From a virus: a stretch of 64,000 bases of DNA. Where the stretch lies: IMG/VR virus record IMGVR_UViG_3300029288_000158; one strand, written 5' to 3'. Positions 1 to 8,897 of this stretch are shown here, piece by piece (position 1 is the first letter of the stretch; every line of letters begins with the position of its first letter). The position numbers and the translations under genes are program-made. The notes beneath the pieces were generated by a model. The model saw nothing but the letters and a program-made list of their open reading frames with translations. It searched no databases and had not been told where the DNA came from.

Positions 1-780
1 TACGCTCCAAGAAATCTTACAACGAATAAGGAATATCGGGGAATCAATTATATGTTGACTTCTATGCAGGGAATGCCGAGTCCTTTCTGGTTGACATTTG
101 ACCAAGCAAAGGAACGAAAGATTTATCTGAAGCCAAATCAACAGTATACGCCAATTGTTCGGTGGATTGTTGATGAGAATGAAGAAGGAAAGACGGTTTA
201 CAAAGGATGTCGTTACTTCCGAGTTTACAATCTGTCTCAGTTTCAAAATTGGGAGAACATTAAGACTCCGGATTCTGATTTGGTGATTGAAGAAGAGAAT
301 GAAGAAATCAAGAACAATTTGATTGATTCTGCGGAACGCATTATTGCCGGATTTAATAAAGGACCGGAAATTGGGTTTGGTGGTAATCGTGCTTATTACG
401 TTCCATCTATTGACAAGGTAACAGTTCCAAAGATTTCTGATTTCATTTCTTCGGAACACTACTACGCAACCTTGATTCACGAATTGGTTCATTCTACAGG
501 CCACGAAAAGCGATTGAAGCGAAAGGGTGTTGCCGAAGGAATGGACGGATTTGGTGGAAAGAATTATAGTTTTGAAGAATTGGTAGCTGAAATTGGAAGT
601 TGTTTTCTTTGTAACAGAATTGGAATTGACACAGAAAAGGTCTTTGATAATTCTGTAGCTTACATTCAGAATTGGCTCGGAAAGTTTCATGATGATGTAA
701 GTATGCTTCCAAAGGCGGCGCAAATGGCACAAAAGGCTGTTGATTTGATTCTTGGAACGGAATATAAAAATGAGTCGTAA
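1..780 (+). CDS. ArdC-like antirestriction protein (ArdC-N ssDNA-binding domain + zincin-like metallopeptidase domain); 5' end lies outside the window
   Basis: Frame is open to position 1. ArdC-N-like WLTFDQAKERKIYLKP is followed by HExxH zincin motifs HELVHSTGH and EELVAEIGSCFLC (MPTase-PolyVal/ArdC-C type). Confidence 0.7.
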   Translation, partial: YAPRNLTTNKEYRGINYMLTSMQGMPSPFWLTFDQAKERKIYLKPNQQYTPIVRWIVDENEEGKTVYKGCRYFRVYNLSQFQNWENIKTPDSDLVIEEENEEIKNNLIDSAERIIAGFNKGPEIGFGGNRAYYVPSIDKVTVPKISDFISSEHYYATLIHELVHSTGHEKRLKRKGVAEGMDGFGGKNYSFEELVAEIGSCFLCNRIGIDTEKVFDNSVAYIQNWLGKFHDDVSMLPKAAQMAQKAVDLILGTEYKNES

Positions 781-1330
781 GAATACATATCGTAACTTTT
801 TGATTCGTATTTTCTCGGCAATTGAAAAGTTTGAATCGTCGGATTTCAAAAGTAACGAAGATAAAATTGCTGGAATGAGTGACATTCTTTCTGAAGCAAT
901 CAAGATTCGTTATGAAATTGAAAACCGAAAGGACTTAAAGGATTATTCTCATTTCATTCTTTTTGCAAAGGGATTTTACGCCGACGGGACTGTAAATGAC
1001 AATTATTTCAAGAAGCTGAGGCGAATTGCTTCTAACTGGAATGGAATTGAAGAACGATTTGTAGACAATCAAATGGTTTGGCGAATTACTTCTGAATTGA
1101 TTTCTCGGGTTTTGCCTGTTGAAGTTACTGAATTCTTTGAATCGTATTCTCTGGTAAGCACGTTCAATCCAAAGATGGAAGGAATTGAATTGTTCATCCG
1201 CACCAACATGAGTATTATTTGTAATTGGTCTTCCGATGATATTGGGTGTGATTGGAGTTTCTTGGATGAAGCGAAAAACAATTTGATTAACATGGACAAT
1301 TTGAACATTGTTGAACTTGAAAATGACTAA
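770..1330 (+). CDS. hypothetical protein
   Basis: Track ORF. ATG at 770 overlaps the upstream stop. A terminator follows. Confidence 0.55.
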   Translation: MSRKNTYRNFLIRIFSAIEKFESSDFKSNEDKIAGMSDILSEAIKIRYEIENRKDLKDYSHFILFAKGFYADGTVNDNYFKKLRRIASNWNGIEERFVDNQMVWRITSELISRVLPVEVTEFFESYSLVSTFNPKMEGIELFIRTNMSIICNWSSDDIGCDWSFLDEAKNNLINMDNLNIVELEND

Positions 1331-1337
1331 AATTGAA

Positions 1338-1370
1338 AGCGGAACGAAAAATCTTCCGCTTTTCTTTTTC
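1338..1370 (+). terminator. rho-independent terminator
   Basis: Hairpin agcggaa/ttccgct followed by a T-run. Confidence 0.6.
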
Positions 1371-1374
1371 AATC

Positions 1375-1440
1375 TCTGCCTATTAAAAACCGAAAGAAAA
1401 TCCAGCTTGACTTTAATGTCCTTTGGTCGTATATTATATC
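1375..1440 (+). promoter_or_regulatory. conserved phage promoter cassette (upstream element ACCGAAAGAAAATCCAGC, -35 TTGACT at 1407, -10 TATATT near 1430)
   Basis: One of about 20 near-identical copies. Sigma70-like spacing of 17. Confidence 0.7.
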
Positions 1441-1456
1441 TAACAAAAGGAGAGCT

Positions 1457-1720
1457 ATGAAATTTTGGTTTGCCGGAAAGCACGATGAAAAAGATTTGTG
1501 TCTTGTTTATTTCGGGTCGCATAGTAGACTTAGAAAGAACAATTCGTATCTTTTCCACCGAAACGATTTTACGACACTGATTTCAATTCCAAAGAAACAG
1601 AAGCATTTAGTCAAGTATAATTTTCAAACGCAAGAATATGACTCTAGATTGTCGTGGAAGGAATGTTTTGATATGGGTTTTGTAACAGTAATTCAACACA
1701 AATTCTGCGGAGGGTCGTAA
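1457..1720 (+). CDS. hypothetical protein
   Basis: Track ORF directly after the promoter, with SD AAAAGGAGAG. Confidence 0.6.
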   Translation: MKFWFAGKHDEKDLCLVYFGSHSRLRKNNSYLFHRNDFTTLISIPKKQKHLVKYNFQTQEYDSRLSWKECFDMGFVTVIQHKFCGGS

Positions 1721-1884
1721 TGTTCAATTCAATTCTTTCGTTTCTCAATCACAATCTTCATTGGTTTTTGGTTGGTGGTTTGTTTACAATCTTTTCAAAG
1801 CATCCAGACAAGTCAGTTAAAATTTATTACTATTCTTTGGCGATGGTTTGGATTGTTTTGGTTTTTCTCAAAGGAGTTTTTTAA
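1720..1884 (+). CDS. small hydrophobic (membrane) protein, 54 aa
   Basis: ATG at 1720 overlaps the upstream stop (TAATG). Two hydrophobic segments. Below the track size cutoff. Confidence 0.4.
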   Translation: MFNSILSFLNHNLHWFLVGGLFTIFSKHPDKSVKIYYYSLAMVWIVLVFLKGVF

Positions 1885-2087
1885 TGCACTACGACATTTC
1901 TCTTTGCGACGAAAACGGAAAGACTCTTTGCGGTTCGGATGGGAATTTCGATGTTGACAGAAGGTTGAATTTCCAGAACATTCACAAGCAAATCATTGAA
2001 TATCGCGAAAGGTTTAAGTCAAACTTTCCGCACAAGTATGAGCATTGGACACATTTCATTTACAAGAATAGAATATTTAGGATTTGA
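1884..2087 (+). CDS. hypothetical protein (MHYDISLCDENGK...)
   Basis: SD AAAGGAG. ATG at 1884 overlaps the previous stop. Confidence 0.5.
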   Translation: MHYDISLCDENGKTLCGSDGNFDVDRRLNFQNIHKQIIEYRERFKSNFPHKYEHWTHFIYKNRIFRI

Positions 2088-2353
2088 AAATGGAAGATAT
2101 TGAAGTTTTGAATTTCAACAAAGACAAGTATAAACTAATTTGTCTTCACGTTCAAACTATTCCAAACATCAACATTCACGAAATTATAAATGATTGCGGT
2201 GTTATCAATGGACATTTCTTTCTTTATGAACAATATCGTCAAAAGAATGATGTAAAACAATGTGAAAGGAAATTGTATTTGTTGAATGCGGCTATTGCTC
2301 AACTAAACAAATCAGCAAAAACAAGTTACACAATTTCCGACTTCATAGATTGA
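2084..2353 (+). CDS. hypothetical protein
   Basis: Track ORF with ATGA overlap to the previous gene. Confidence 0.5.
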   Translation: MKMEDIEVLNFNKDKYKLICLHVQTIPNINIHEIINDCGVINGHFFLYEQYRQKNDVKQCERKLYLLNAAIAQLNKSAKTSYTISDFID

Positions 2354-2400
2354 CCGAAACAATTTCCAGCTTGACTTTCGTATTTTCCAAGAGTATATTA
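2353..2400 (+). promoter_or_regulatory. conserved promoter cassette copy (-35 TTGACT 2371, -10 TATATTA 2394)
   Basis: CCGAAACAATTTCCAGCTTGACT variant. Confidence 0.65.
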
Positions 2401-2419
2401 CATCATAGAAAGGTGAACA

Positions 2420-2824
2420 ATGGAATACGAAAAGTTTCTTGAACAGTTTTGCGAAGTTCGTTACTCTCGGAAGTATGCGAACAAAATGTCAATCAATACG
2501 TTGGTCAATTACAACGACATGTCTTCGGCACGAATTCATTTTCTTCGGAAGTTTGAATTCAAGAAGGATGAATTGGAAACTCTCCGAACTGTTCTAAGGG
2601 AAGAAAAGAACAAGTTGGAAGTTAGGTATTCAGAACTTGTTGAATCGGAATCTTTTCGAGTTCTTGGAAAGCGTTGGCATCCTTCGTTCTATCAAATTTC
2701 GGGAATCTGTCGGAATGAATTTTCTACGGAAGCAAAGAACGAATTACGAGCGAACCTTGACAAAACTTACAAGATTCAAAATGCGCTGATTTGCATTAAC
2801 TATGTTTTGAAGTATTGGAGATAA
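2420..2824 (+). CDS. hypothetical protein
   Basis: Track ORF after a promoter, with SD AAAGGTGA. Confidence 0.6.
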   Translation: MEYEKFLEQFCEVRYSRKYANKMSINTLVNYNDMSSARIHFLRKFEFKKDELETLRTVLREEKNKLEVRYSELVESESFRVLGKRWHPSFYQISGICRNEFSTEAKNELRANLDKTYKIQNALICINYVLKYWR

Positions 2825-2877
2825 CCGAAGGAAAATCCAGCTTGACTTACATCCAAAAATGTCGTAACTTATAGATG
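2825..2877 (+). promoter_or_regulatory. conserved promoter cassette copy (-35 TTGACT 2843)
   Basis: CCGAAGGAAAATCCAGCTTGACT. Confidence 0.65.
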
Positions 2878-2918
2878 TAAGAGAGAATCGCTTTCAACAA
2901 AAACAACAGGAAAGAAAA

Positions 2919-3098
2919 ATGGGCTACGTTGATACTTTGAAAATTCCTACCATTGTCCTCACAAATGCCAAGAAGAACGGTATTTGTAAATGGAAGCAGG
3001 ACGACGGAATTGTTTGCCTTGTTTACGCAAATGGTTCTATCAAGGGTCCGTTTGCTGAATTTGAAGCGAACGAAATCATTCAGGCTTCTAGCTTCTAA
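2919..3098 (+). CDS. small hypothetical protein, 59 aa
   Basis: ATG with SD AGGAAAGAAAAATGG downstream of the promoter. Below the track cutoff. Confidence 0.4.
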   Translation: MGYVDTLKIPTIVLTNAKKNGICKWKQDDGIVCLVYANGSIKGPFAEFEANEIIQASSF

Positions 3099-3310
3099 GG
3101 CTTTCAAGAAGAAGCAGGAAGAATGGAAACTGGTAATGGATTCCCGAAAGCACGAAACTCACCAAGCGAATGTTGTTCGTGGAATTGAAATTGCCAAGAA
3201 TCTTCGCAAGGTTCGTTCTCAAATTCTTCGGAAGTGTCGCTAACATGATTGAAACTGCGGAAGGTCAAATTGGGTGGAGCAACTGAAATTCCATAAAAAG
3301 GAAAACTAAA

Positions 3311-3706
3311 ATGTCAAAATTGTATTTGCTTCCGGCTTTCGTTGGAGAATATTTTGAAATCCGAGCAATGATTTACGATTGCGATAAGTATGAAGGCTTC
3401 GGGATTATTGCTCAAAAGAACATCAACACTTCCGAAGAATTGTATGGGTGTAACAAGATTGTTTATCTGTCTCATGGAATGACTTATATTCCTAATGACA
3501 AGTTGGTTCGTATTCAAAAGAATTTCAACAAGCTGAATACGGCTTTTAATAAGCAATATAATAAGGACGAATGGACCAACAATTTCATCAAGGCTGTTAT
3601 TTCTTTGATTCTTGTTTCTGGTTGTGAAAAGAAACTATTTGTCGCAAATGGAGCAAAAGAAAAGGAAATCGCAATTAACCAATTCATTGAAACGAAATGG
3701 GATTAG
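3311..3706 (+). CDS. hypothetical protein
   Basis: Track ORF with SD AAAAGGAAAA. Confidence 0.55.
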   Translation: MSKLYLLPAFVGEYFEIRAMIYDCDKYEGFGIIAQKNINTSEELYGCNKIVYLSHGMTYIPNDKLVRIQKNFNKLNTAFNKQYNKDEWTNNFIKAVISLILVSGCEKKLFVANGAKEKEIAINQFIETKWD

Positions 3707-3745
3707 GTTTTGTTGAATGCTCTTTGTAAAGAAGGAAATTGAAAA

Positions 3746-4024
3746 ATGAACAATTCGGAATTAATTAAACATCTTGAGGAATGTTTGCGATTGATAAAGG
3801 AACAGGAAGAGATTCTTGCTGTTCCGAAAGATGAAATCGTTTCAACCGAAGATAGATTTTTCATTTTTCCGAGACGTATTCATATCAAGTCTACCGGAAA
3901 GAAAACTTGGCGAATTGGAACGGTAAAGAATTGCCGGAAGATTAAAACTTACTATCGGGATTTTGTTCATCCTGAAAGTGATTGTGTTGGCATCTTCTAT
4001 TCACATTTTTATGAAATTGATTGA
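3746..4024 (+). CDS. hypothetical protein
   Basis: Track ORF. Confidence 0.5.
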   Translation: MNNSELIKHLEECLRLIKEQEEILAVPKDEIVSTEDRFFIFPRRIHIKSTGKKTWRIGTVKNCRKIKTYYRDFVHPESDCVGIFYSHFYEID

Positions 4025-4035
4025 GGATACATAAA

Positions 4036-4260
4036 ATGGTTTTCAATTCACACATAATTACAAAAGAAGATATTTCAATTGAAGATAGTGGTCAGGCAAA
4101 GATATTGACTATCAATACCACCGATGATAAAATTTTCTTCCGACTTCAATCGTGGGATGAGGACGGTAAAAACCACGAAAGTTTTGATGAAATTGTAAAC
4201 CAATATGTTGGAAAGCGTATTCGTATTGAATTTGACGACGCGGATGCTAATTATCTGTAG
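4036..4260 (+). CDS. hypothetical protein
   Basis: Track ORF. First ATG is at 4036. Confidence 0.5.
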   Translation: MVFNSHIITKEDISIEDSGQAKILTINTTDDKIFFRLQSWDEDGKNHESFDEIVNQYVGKRIRIEFDDADANYL

Positions 4261-4302
4261 AATTAAACATCAAACGGAACAATGGTTTCCTTGGAGGAAC
4301 AA

Positions 4303-4809
4303 ATGAACATTCTTGAAAATACAGAACCGAGATTGGGTGGAGGTAGGCTGGTTGCTGTTAATCAAAATGAAACAGAAATTACGACTTTTCTAACGCGATT
4401 GAGAATGTTTTCTTTTAATTCTATTAGGATATATTTCATTTGTGAATGGTTTTTTATTCGCAACAAACACTATAATGTTTTCGGAAGATTTTTTGATTTG
4501 TTCCGAACTAAGATTGAACACCAAACAACAGTAACAATTATGCTTCCTCCAACAGAAGAAAATCACAACGCCCTTAGAGATATGGGATATGAAATCACTG
4601 ACAATGATGAAATTGAATGGATGTTGATTTGTCCAAAAGAATTTGATGATGATGTTCCAACACTTGTTGAGTTTATTCTTGATTATGAACAGTGGACTAA
4701 AATCATAGACAATCCGAATCTATATGCTGGACAGAAGTTGGAAGTTGCTAAACGCGAATTGTCTAAAATCCTTTGTGAATTTTGCTTACCTATTGTTGAT
4801 GGACGATAA
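4303..4809 (+). CDS. hypothetical protein
   Basis: Track ORF. GGAGG lies 6 nt before the ATG at 4303; an alternative ATG is at 4282. Confidence 0.55.
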   Translation: MNILENTEPRLGGGRLVAVNQNETEITTFLTRLRMFSFNSIRIYFICEWFFIRNKHYNVFGRFFDLFRTKIEHQTTVTIMLPPTEENHNALRDMGYEITDNDEIEWMLICPKEFDDDVPTLVEFILDYEQWTKIIDNPNLYAGQKLEVAKRELSKILCEFCLPIVDGR

Positions 4810-4815
4810 CTAACA

Positions 4816-4846
4816 AAGCAGAATTCAAACTTCTGCTTTTCTTTTG
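4816..4846 (+). terminator. rho-independent terminator
   Basis: Hairpin agcagaa/ttctgct plus a T-run, directly before a promoter cassette. Confidence 0.6.
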
Positions 4847-4865
4847 CTAACCTCGCCTATTGAAA

Positions 4866-4912
4866 ACCGAAGGAAAATCCAGCTTGACTTTCACAACAAA
4901 ATTAAGTAGATT
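4866..4912 (+). promoter_or_regulatory. conserved promoter cassette copy (-35 4885, -10 TAGATT 4907)
   Basis: CCGAAGGAAAATCCAGCTTGACT-N17-TAGATT. Confidence 0.7.
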
Positions 4913-4919
4913 CTAAATG

Positions 4920-5018
4920 TCAGGGAAATGAGATGTCGCTAACGCTTGATAAGCTCAGACTGACTTGGATGGCATAAGGCGAAAAGAGAGTCGGGGTTTA
5001 CCTCGGCTCTGTTTCTTT
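4920..5018 (+). ncRNA. candidate small RNA or attenuated leader (about 100 nt) between two tandem promoters
   Basis: Promoter at 4885-4912. The region holds no ORF of 10 codons or more. It ends in a hairpin gagtcgggg-ttta-cctcggctc (two G-U pairs) plus a U-run at 4988-5018. A second promoter follows. Confidence 0.35.
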
Positions 5019-5019
5019 A

Positions 5020-5058
5020 GAAATCTCTTGACTTTGGTTTGGAGTTTCTTTATATTAT
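5020..5058 (+). promoter_or_regulatory. sigma70-like promoter (TTGACT 5028, N17, TATATT 5051) lacking the upstream conserved element
   Basis: Consensus hexamers. SD ACAGGAGG and the ATG at 5077 follow. Confidence 0.6.
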
Positions 5059-5076
5059 CCTACAGGAGGTTCTACA

Positions 5077-5265
5077 ATGACAAAGCCAAAGAAGTTTATG
5101 TTTCGTCGGGAAGATGGAACAATTGCTAGTTTTGATGGAGAATCTGCGGATGCTTCTCTTAGGAAACTTGGAACGGTTCTTTCTTGGGATGCTGATTTGA
5201 ACACTGTTGATGTTCGGTTGCCATCCGGAAGAATTGAAAATGTTACAATGGTTGGAATGCGTTGA
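5077..5265 (+). CDS. hypothetical protein
   Basis: Track ORF with a strong SD. Confidence 0.6.
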   Translation: MTKPKKFMFRREDGTIASFDGESADASLRKLGTVLSWDADLNTVDVRLPSGRIENVTMVGMR

Positions 5266-5489
5266 CCGATAATTTTATTCAACGCGCAAAAGAAAAACAC
5301 GGAAACAAATTCGATTACTCTAAGGTTGAATACAAAAGCCGTTTGGAAAAAGTAATCATTATTTGTTCGGTTCATGGTGAATTTGAACAAGTTGCGAAGG
5401 ACCATTTGTCTGGACGAGGATGTTTGAAATGCGCTAGAGATAAACAAAAGAAATGGATTGATTCCCATATTTATACAAAGAAGAAGTGA
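5262..5489 (+). CDS. small Cys-rich protein (C..HG..C..C zinc-ribbon-like); possible DNA-binding partner of the downstream GIY-YIG-like ORF
   Basis: Track ORF, ATGA-coupled on both sides. Motif CSVHGEF...GRGCLKCA. Confidence 0.5.
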   Translation: MTDNFIQRAKEKHGNKFDYSKVEYKSRLEKVIIICSVHGEFEQVAKDHLSGRGCLKCARDKQKKWIDSHIYTKKK

Positions 5490-6556
5490 AAATGGAAAAG
5501 CACATTCTTTACAGGTGGTTCAATACAAACGATGAATTGTTGTATGTTGGAATAACCAAAAATGCGTATAATAGACACAAACAACATATTGCTGAAAAAG
5601 AATGGTGTGTGTTTGAAGAATTGAAACACACAACATATGAATATTTTGAATCAAGAGAACTGCTAAACGAAGCCGAAAAACTTGCGATTGTTAACGAGAA
5701 ACCAAAATACAATGTAACACACAACGAAAATCCTGTTGCTTATCGTAAACCAACATACGAGCCTAAAAAGCGCCACAAAAAAGAAATCATTGTTCGTGAA
5801 ACTGTTAAAATTAAAGAAGTTGAAATTGTTCCGAAGAATATTTCAGATGTTGAATACAAACACTTGCGGCAATGTCTGAAAGATAAAAAAGGACAAGGTT
5901 TGAATTCGTGTTTGCGCGGATTGTATGATAGATATTCAAAGCACGACAGAACTTATATGTATGAAGATGAATTTGTTTTGAAACATATTATCAAAACAGA
6001 ATTGGATAATCTAACCACGGCAAATCTTTATAACAACGAAATCAACAAGATAAGATATTCAAATACAATAATTACAATCATTTGGAATTGGTTTCGGACT
6101 TGTCAGAATTCTGAATTTGGACTTCCAAGTTTTGTAATAGATTGGGAACATATTTCTAAATTGTTTTTTGAATTTGAAGGAGAACAGAAAAGTATTTTTG
6201 AAATTTTGTTGAAGTTGAGTGCGACTGACTATCCAAAAACAGAAGGTATATCGTTTGGTAATAAAAACATTTGGGTGAGCTATTTTGAAATGTTATTCGC
6301 TTCTATTTTCAAAGTATATCGCGAAACAATTCTTTCTTTTTTAATTGAAGATGTTCCGGACATTCGGACTATAACAGGTGAAACAGAAATAAGAGAACGA
6401 GACTCATATCTTTTCTTCGGCGTTTCTATGATATCAATTAATGATTGGATGAATATTTCTTTTGAAAAAGAATTTAGTCTTCTTGGAGCGGAATTAAATG
6501 AATTTATAGATGTTATTGATTCATATATTGATGTTGATTTGGAAAGTGTGGCATAA
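5486..6556 (+). CDS. GIY-YIG superfamily protein (T5orf172-like N-terminal domain LLYVGITKN...R.KQH) with a long C-terminal extension
   Basis: GIY-YIG-type motif at residues 18-35. 356-aa track ORF. Confidence 0.5.
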   Translation: MKMEKHILYRWFNTNDELLYVGITKNAYNRHKQHIAEKEWCVFEELKHTTYEYFESRELLNEAEKLAIVNEKPKYNVTHNENPVAYRKPTYEPKKRHKKEIIVRETVKIKEVEIVPKNISDVEYKHLRQCLKDKKGQGLNSCLRGLYDRYSKHDRTYMYEDEFVLKHIIKTELDNLTTANLYNNEINKIRYSNTIITIIWNWFRTCQNSEFGLPSFVIDWEHISKLFFEFEGEQKSIFEILLKLSATDYPKTEGISFGNKNIWVSYFEMLFASIFKVYRETILSFLIEDVPDIRTITGETEIRERDSYLFFGVSMISINDWMNISFEKEFSLLGAELNEFIDVIDSYIDVDLESVA

Positions 6557-6607
6557 CCATCGAAACAATCTCCAGCTTGACTTTCATTAAACTTGAAGGT
6601 ATATTAA
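6556..6607 (+). promoter_or_regulatory. conserved promoter cassette copy (-35 6577, -10 TATATT 6600)
   Basis: CGAAACAATCTCCAGCTTGACT. Confidence 0.65.
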
Positions 6608-6611
6608 AACT

Positions 6612-6944
6612 ATGAAACTCTTCTATCTCGGAAAAGAACTTGATTCATCGGCAGAACAAGAATTGAAAACCGATAACGAATTTGGATTTGTTGTAACTAT
6701 CAAGTTCAATCCTGACAACCGTTTTCATCGTGATACAGAAACATCCATTTTCCGAAACGCTACGGAAGTCCATTCTCGTTATACGGAAATGACTATTCGA
6801 CCTGGAAAGAGAATTGCTTTTGAATCCGACATTCACCAAACAGGATTTTGGAAGGATATTGAAGAAATCGAAACCGTAACAATTGAATATGCTTTGGAAA
6901 TGTATTCTTCGGCATATATGGCTTTTGAGGAATTTCCCGAATGA
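6612..6944 (+). CDS. hypothetical protein
   Basis: Track ORF. Confidence 0.55.
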   Translation: MKLFYLGKELDSSAEQELKTDNEFGFVVTIKFNPDNRFHRDTETSIFRNATEVHSRYTEMTIRPGKRIAFESDIHQTGFWKDIEEIETVTIEYALEMYSSAYMAFEEFPE

Positions 6945-7486
6945 AAACAGAATATAACGACGGTGTTGTTGATTACAGTATCTATTTCAAATCAGATGAA
7001 AATTGCTATACTTTGATTTTCAACACAGAGAATCGTTGGGTTCCTTTTGTTTATGAACCAAAGAATAACAGAATCATTATCGTATCTGGTCATTATCCAA
7101 TTCCAAAGTTCTTACCATCAAACAAATTCAAGGATTTTGTTGTTCAGGAAAAGGACCAAATTTGTATTCATTACATCAGTGAAAAACTTTTGAATACTCC
7201 AGAAGTTATCATTTCTGTTGACGGGTATAAAGGATATACTGTAACAAAGTTTTCGGATTTTGTTTATGAATTGAAATTTAATACGAAGTTTGAAAAGTAT
7301 CATATGTTTAATAATGAAACGTATTTGCTTGGAAAAGATTTGGACGACGAATACTCTTTTGATGAATGTGTAAGAGTTGGTGAATTTTTGCCAAGAGAAA
7401 TGTGTTTTATTGAACATCATAATCATAATGACGATGAATTGAAATTTACTTTTATTGATTTTGATGTTCTTACCGAAAGGAAATAA
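6941..7486 (+). CDS. hypothetical protein
   Basis: Track ORF with ATGA coupling. Confidence 0.55.
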   Translation: MKTEYNDGVVDYSIYFKSDENCYTLIFNTENRWVPFVYEPKNNRIIIVSGHYPIPKFLPSNKFKDFVVQEKDQICIHYISEKLLNTPEVIISVDGYKGYTVTKFSDFVYELKFNTKFEKYHMFNNETYLLGKDLDDEYSFDECVRVGEFLPREMCFIEHHNHNDDELKFTFIDFDVLTERK

Positions 7487-7487
7487 A

Positions 7488-7745
7488 AATGTCCCAACGA
7501 ATTTTCATCATATTCCCAAGAGGAGATACGTCAAAACTAGCATTTGCTGTTGGTTTTGATTATGAAGAAAAATAGTATTGTGTAGCTTCGCGTCAATGGT
7601 TTGTCTATCCAGAATAACAAAAAGAAGCTGTTGAATACGGAAAGGAATTGGCACAAAAGCACAATCTTGAAATTTCTTTTGAAGGATTGTATTCGGAAAT
7701 TGAAAGAGAACAACAATATCTTGATTGAAACGGAATGAAATATGA
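7488..7745 (+). pseudogene. probable decayed gene remnant (C-terminal tail ...EAVEYGKELAQKHNLEISFEGLYSEIEREQQYLD without a start, plus frameshifted upstream pieces)
   Basis: Only short broken frames on the + strand. The protein-like tail lacks a start codon. The - strand ORFs here are antisense low-complexity. Confidence 0.25.
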
Positions 7746-7787
7746 ATCTTAACACAGCTATTCAATATGTGCTAACGTATCGTCGTC

Positions 7788-8018
7788 ATGGAAAGTCTTT
7801 ATATACATTCAAAAAACAGAAATCTTTGTGGTACTTTTGTTTTGCCAACTGGAACAATTCTTAAATATATTTCTCGTAAATGTTGGTATAAGAATGGAAG
7901 TAAAACAAAATGGTCTCGGGCTTATTTGACACATGTTGACGGAAAAGCAATTTCATCTAAACTTTTGATAACTCTCAAAGATGTTGGACAAAATATAAAC
8001 CTACAACAAGGAGAATAA
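7788..8018 (+). CDS. hypothetical protein
   Basis: Track ORF. Start is uncertain. Confidence 0.35.
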   Translation: MESLYIHSKNRNLCGTFVLPTGTILKYISRKCWYKNGSKTKWSRAYLTHVDGKAISSKLLITLKDVGQNINLQQGE

Positions 8019-8020
8019 AA

Positions 8021-8221
8021 ATGAAAGCACCATTGTTTGTTAGCATTCTTGATATTACAGAGGGTGATAAGATTGCTATACCTGTGAATAATGGGTTCGC
8101 AATAGGAACTATTCTTGAGAAAAATACTTCCTTTAATGGGTTTGCTGTTATTGAATTTAAGGAAATTGATGGAGCGTTTTCAATAGCGAATGACCAATAT
8201 GTTTTCAAGATTGAGGAATAA
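8021..8221 (+). CDS. hypothetical protein
   Basis: SD AAGGAGAATAAAAATG. Confidence 0.55.
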   Translation: MKAPLFVSILDITEGDKIAIPVNNGFAIGTILEKNTSFNGFAVIEFKEIDGAFSIANDQYVFKIEE

Positions 8222-8223
8222 CA

Positions 8224-8802
8224 ATGTTAGCAATTTTAATATCGTTTATTTTTGGGCAATCCCCTAGTTTCGGAATGCCTTTTGGTAATTCACCCAAACA
8301 AATATCTGAAAGTGGTAATCAGTTAACTTTAATACACTGTAATAGAATCATTTGTAAGTATTCGGCTATTCCGAAGCAAAAAGTATCGTGGGCATCATCT
8401 TATTTTTTATATTTTGCGAATGATTCTTTGGGGAAAATTGAAGCGTATTCGCCAGAAATAAGAGATGATAAATTTGGTTTCGTTGGAATGAATATCTTTC
8501 AAAGAACAGATACATTACTTTCAAAGAAGTATACGAAAGAACCTTCCGAAAAGAAATTAGTTACAAAATACAATGGAGATAATTTTTACAAGAATCTAAA
8601 ATTATTTGGTGACTCAGATTGGAAGATGTATTACACAGGAGATGATAAATTTATTTCTCTTGAATTGTTGCCTATTAAGCATTTAATATTTTGGCGCGGG
8701 ATAATTAAACTAACTATTGTAAAAACTCCGGGATGGGTTGAATATGAGGATTCGGTTATTGTTCGCGATTCAATTAACCAAAACGACATTGATGCTATGT
8801 AA
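8224..8802 (+). CDS. hypothetical protein (hydrophobic N-terminus)
   Basis: Track ORF. Confidence 0.5.
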   Translation: MLAILISFIFGQSPSFGMPFGNSPKQISESGNQLTLIHCNRIICKYSAIPKQKVSWASSYFLYFANDSLGKIEAYSPEIRDDKFGFVGMNIFQRTDTLLSKKYTKEPSEKKLVTKYNGDNFYKNLKLFGDSDWKMYYTGDDKFISLELLPIKHLIFWRGIIKLTIVKTPGWVEYEDSVIVRDSINQNDIDAM

Positions 8803-8850
8803 CCGAAACAATTTCCAGCTTGACTTTGTTTCAAAAATTGGGTAGATTGT
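8802..8850 (+). promoter_or_regulatory. conserved promoter cassette copy (-35 8820, -10 TAGATT 8843)
   Basis: CCGAAACAATTTCCAGCTTGACT. Confidence 0.65.
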
Positions 8851-8897
8851 ATTTAGGCAAAAGAAGTTGCCGATTCACTTAAACAGGAAAAAGGAAC

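Noticed and set aside
7508-7765. Minus-strand ORFs in the 7486-7790 gap
   Set aside because: Low-complexity hydrophobic or basic translations. The region is better explained as decayed + strand coding sequence.
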